DNA of 64,000 nucleotides. It comes from Chloroflexota bacterium. Lineage in GTDB: Bacteria > Chloroflexota > Chloroflexia > QHBQ01. Positions 61,453 through 64,000 of the stretch are shown in pieces. The stretch covers positions 109,100 through 173,099 of the forward strand of contig JAYUUN010000128.1 of NCBI GenBank assembly GCA_043754535.1, read 5' to 3'. Both the position numbers and the translations under genes were made by a program. The notes beneath the pieces are model-generated. The model ran no database searches, had not been told where the DNA came from, and saw only the letters and a program-made list of their open reading frames with translations. The stretch's first letter is position 1; each line of letters starts with the position of its first letter.

Positions 61453-62427
61453 ATGGAAGATCAGCGCAACAACACCGCGCAACCCTCTGCGGTAGAAGTG
61501 CAGGCCAGCGATGTCACCACGCCACTGGTAGACAACAGTACGACACAGGATAGCAACAGCGACTTGAACAGCGTAGCCAGCTACGGCCACGGCCACGGCG
61601 AGAGTCTACATGGCAACCTTGAGGATGGGAGTGGTATATTCTACGGCGACGAGGGTGTTGACCGCGACATTGACACAACCACGGCCCAGTCCTTCAGCGA
61701 CGGCCACCACCCCCTTCGCAACCCTGTTGACGGCATCCATGAAGCCGACAACCCGCTGATCGCCAGCAATGATCTGCCCGATTACAGCGGCGGCAGTGGT
61801 GAGCAACTGCAAGGCCAGAGCCAGACCAGCGCAACCCAGGTGCGGATGCAGGACGAGCGTAATAGGGCGGCCAGTGGCGGCGCACAACTCGGCCAGCAAA
61901 ATACAGCGGGTTCAGCCAGCAGCCCCGACCGCCTGGAAGGCCCAACCAGTCAGCCCGCGATCATGACCAGTGCAGTCGAGGATATGCTCACTGCGGGACG
62001 TTCTGGCGGTGGCGCAGGGGATCCACTAGCGGCTCGGATGCTGGGTACTCAGCGCGAGGGTGAACTGGCAGCCAGCCGCAACCCCGAAATACGCGACCCC
62101 GGCATGAGCGATGGCTATCTCTATGCCAAAGACGACGACAACAACCCTGATGTGAACGAGAACATCGCACAGGCGGTAGGCATGGCTTACAACCCGGCCA
62201 ATGTTGCCCACGACAACCGCCGCAGCCAACTGATGCTGACCTTGCCCACGGCACAGCTAGCCCAGTTGCGTGCTGAACTACGCAGCGTAGGGGTCAACGA
62301 GGGCGAGATTGAAGTGCGTGAGCAGGAGGGTACGGTCAGTATGGTGCTGGTCGAAGCCGACACCCTCACCCGCCCCTATGTTGAGCAAGCCTTCAACCGC
62401 TATCGCAGCCTGGACAGCACCAGCTAG
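61453..62427 (+). CDS. Largely disordered acidic hypothetical protein with a short folded C-terminus
   Basis: AGGAGG RBS; D/S/G/N/Q-rich; followed by a terminator. Confidence 0.75.
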   Translation: MEDQRNNTAQPSAVEVQASDVTTPLVDNSTTQDSNSDLNSVASYGHGHGESLHGNLEDGSGIFYGDEGVDRDIDTTTAQSFSDGHHPLRNPVDGIHEADNPLIASNDLPDYSGGSGEQLQGQSQTSATQVRMQDERNRAASGGAQLGQQNTAGSASSPDRLEGPTSQPAIMTSAVEDMLTAGRSGGGAGDPLAARMLGTQREGELAASRNPEIRDPGMSDGYLYAKDDDNNPDVNENIAQAVGMAYNPANVAHDNRRSQLMLTLPTAQLAQLRAELRSVGVNEGEIEVREQEGTVSMVLVEADTLTRPYVEQAFNRYRSLDSTS

Positions 62428-64000
62428 CCTGCAGCGAGCGGCACACGGGGACGGCACAGGCCGCCCCCTTCTTTTTGCCCGCTAACCTGTCTAGCGCGTT
62501 CTTGACCACCTTTGCCAGTTCGCCGCGCCGCACATTGTCGTTTGGTCGATAGCAGAGGCCAGTGCCGCAGCTTGCCCCGCTGACCACCCCCCGCTGGTAG
62601 AGGGTTTCGATCTCCAGGTAGAAGGTGTTGCTGGGCGGTACGTCGGCGAAGCTGGCAGTAGCCGGGGTGTAGTCGGGGTAGTTGCGCGCCCGCTTGACGA
62701 TCTTCGCCACCTGTCCCCGCGTTACGCTCTGGTTGGAGCGGAAGCACGGCTGGCTGGGAGCAGGGGTACCAGGGTCGACACATTGGGCGGGGCTAAAGCC
62801 ATTGATCACCCCAGCATGAGCAGCGGCCTCAATAAAAGTGTAGAAGATGTTGTTGCTAGTTACATCGCTAAAGGTTGGGTTGGGCGGCGCATAAGCGGGG
62901 ATGCCGAAGGCGTTGACGGCGATCTTGGCGAGTTGGCCCCGCGTGGTGTTTGCGTTCGGGCGGAAGCTACCATCAAAGTAGCCGCTAAGTATCTGGTGGC
63001 AGGCCAGATACTGGATTTCGTTGTAGAAGATATAGCTGGGCGGCACATCGAGGAAACTGATCGTGCATGGTGTCGCCGTCGCACTGACGGTTGCCGTCGC
63101 ACTGATGGTCACTGTCGCCCTGCTGGTCGGGCTGGCAGTCGGGGTGCTGCTAGCAGCGGGGAGGGTGGCGGTGGTGGTCAAGCCGGGGGTGGCAGTGGCG
63201 GCAGCGGTAGCAGTAGTGGTCAAGCCGGGGGTACAGGTCGGGCCGGGGGTGAGCGCGCTGGGTAGGTAGAGGTACTCTACACTGGCTGTCGTCTGCGGAT
63301 TGTAGCCGCCCGCCACCACCACGCGGTCGCCAAGTGTCCCTTGCACGTGAGCAGCACGAGCATGACGTAGTGCAGGGCCAGCAGCCCAGCTGTCGGTTGC
63401 CGGGTCGTAGAGGTAGGTATCAGTTGCATAGCTGTCGCTGCCGCCGTCAAAGCCGCCAGTGAGCAGTAGCTTGCCCGCATAGACGCTGAGGCCAGGGTAC
63501 TTGCGCTCGCCACTAAAGGGAGCGGGTGCGACCGTACTCCACTGTGTGTTGCTGTAGACAAAGACGGCGTTGGAGTCGCTGCTGGCGTGCCGTCCACCAA
63601 CGACGTAGATGCTGCCGTTCAACTCTGCCGCCGCCGCCCCCGATACGCCGTCGGGCATTGCCAGACCGAACTGCCAGTAGTTGAGGTCGGACCGCGCCTT
63701 GTAGATGTAGGTGTTGCTGCTCGCCGAGGAGTTTGGCACGTAGCCACCCAGCATATAGAACTCGTAGCCCTTGAAAGCAGCCATGCCTTGCCCAATGGGG
63801 AACTCTGTGCCGTCGCTCAGAACCATTGGCGGCTTACTGCCCCAGATGTTGAGGGTAGGAGTGTACGCCTCGAAAGCGGTCAATATCTGGGTGCCAGTCA
63901 GCCCGCCAGCAAGGAAGATCGTGCCGCTGTAGGTCCCCGCCGCTGCCCCAGCCCGCGCGGTGAGTAGCGGAGCGGCCAGCGTCCAGGTGCCAGTGATCGG
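62393..64000 (-). CDS. Kelch-repeat surface protein with Thr/Ala linker and three SLH repeats, 5'-truncated by the window edge
   Basis: Frame open to base 64000; IYVVGG/LLLTGG..YDP..W Kelch repeats; FLDVP..TRGQ. Confidence 0.9.
   Translation of the reverse strand, partial: PITGTWTLAAPLLTARAGAAAGTYSGTIFLAGGLTGTQILTAFEAYTPTLNIWGSKPPMVLSDGTEFPIGQGMAAFKGYEFYMLGGYVPNSSASSNTYIYKARSDLNYWQFGLAMPDGVSGAAAAELNGSIYVVGGRHASSDSNAVFVYSNTQWSTVAPAPFSGERKYPGLSVYAGKLLLTGGFDGGSDSYATDTYLYDPATDSWAAGPALRHARAAHVQGTLGDRVVVAGGYNPQTTASVEYLYLPSALTPGPTCTPGLTTTATAAATATPGLTTTATLPAASSTPTASPTSRATVTISATATVSATATPCTISFLDVPPSYIFYNEIQYLACHQILSGYFDGSFRPNANTTRGQLAKIAVNAFGIPAYAPPNPTFSDVTSNNIFYTFIEAAAHAGVINGFSPAQCVDPGTPAPSQPCFRSNQSVTRGQVAKIVKRARNYPDYTPATASFADVPPSNTFYLEIETLYQRGVVSGASCGTGLCYRPNDNVRRGELAKVVKNALDRLAGKKKGAACAVPVCRSLQASWCCPGCDSG
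62447..62476 (+). terminator. Intrinsic terminator
   Basis: GGGGACGGC-ACAG-GCCGCCCC then CTTCTTTTT. Confidence 0.7.

Overview
GC-rich bacterial chromosomal window with about 53 CDS. I recognised no rRNA, tRNA, CRISPR array, IS/transposase, integrase or phage gene. Gene content (DUF5667-type anti-sigmas, SLH proteins with PTNTP linkers, GH/O-antigen-ligase fusion, membrane-anchored YvcK) points to Chloroflexota; this is inference. In order: partial SDR; osmoprotectant ABC operon; PLD, DUF6081-like gene, galK, lepA, PrsA-like PPIase, crotonase, GNAT; an aryl-CoA (paa-like) cluster with only one di-iron subunit; a GT-C-like membrane protein; yvcK-gap-pgk-tpiA; dgt; a ~13 kb surface-glycan locus; a ~12 kb island of three ECF sigma factors with four different membrane anti-sigma candidates; two SLH surface proteins; DUF952, VWA and hypothetical genes. 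The best candidates for new biology are (i) the ECF island, including a one-sigma/two-anti-sigma module with a His-rich EPTH tail and a triple LolA/RseB-like anti-sigma split at a G8 tract, (ii) the lone PaaA-like di-iron protein, (iii) the GH-A/ligase fusion, and (iv) an ssrA-like LAA tail on GAPDH. Several frame anomalies may be assembly errors. All family calls come from motif recognition, not database searches.
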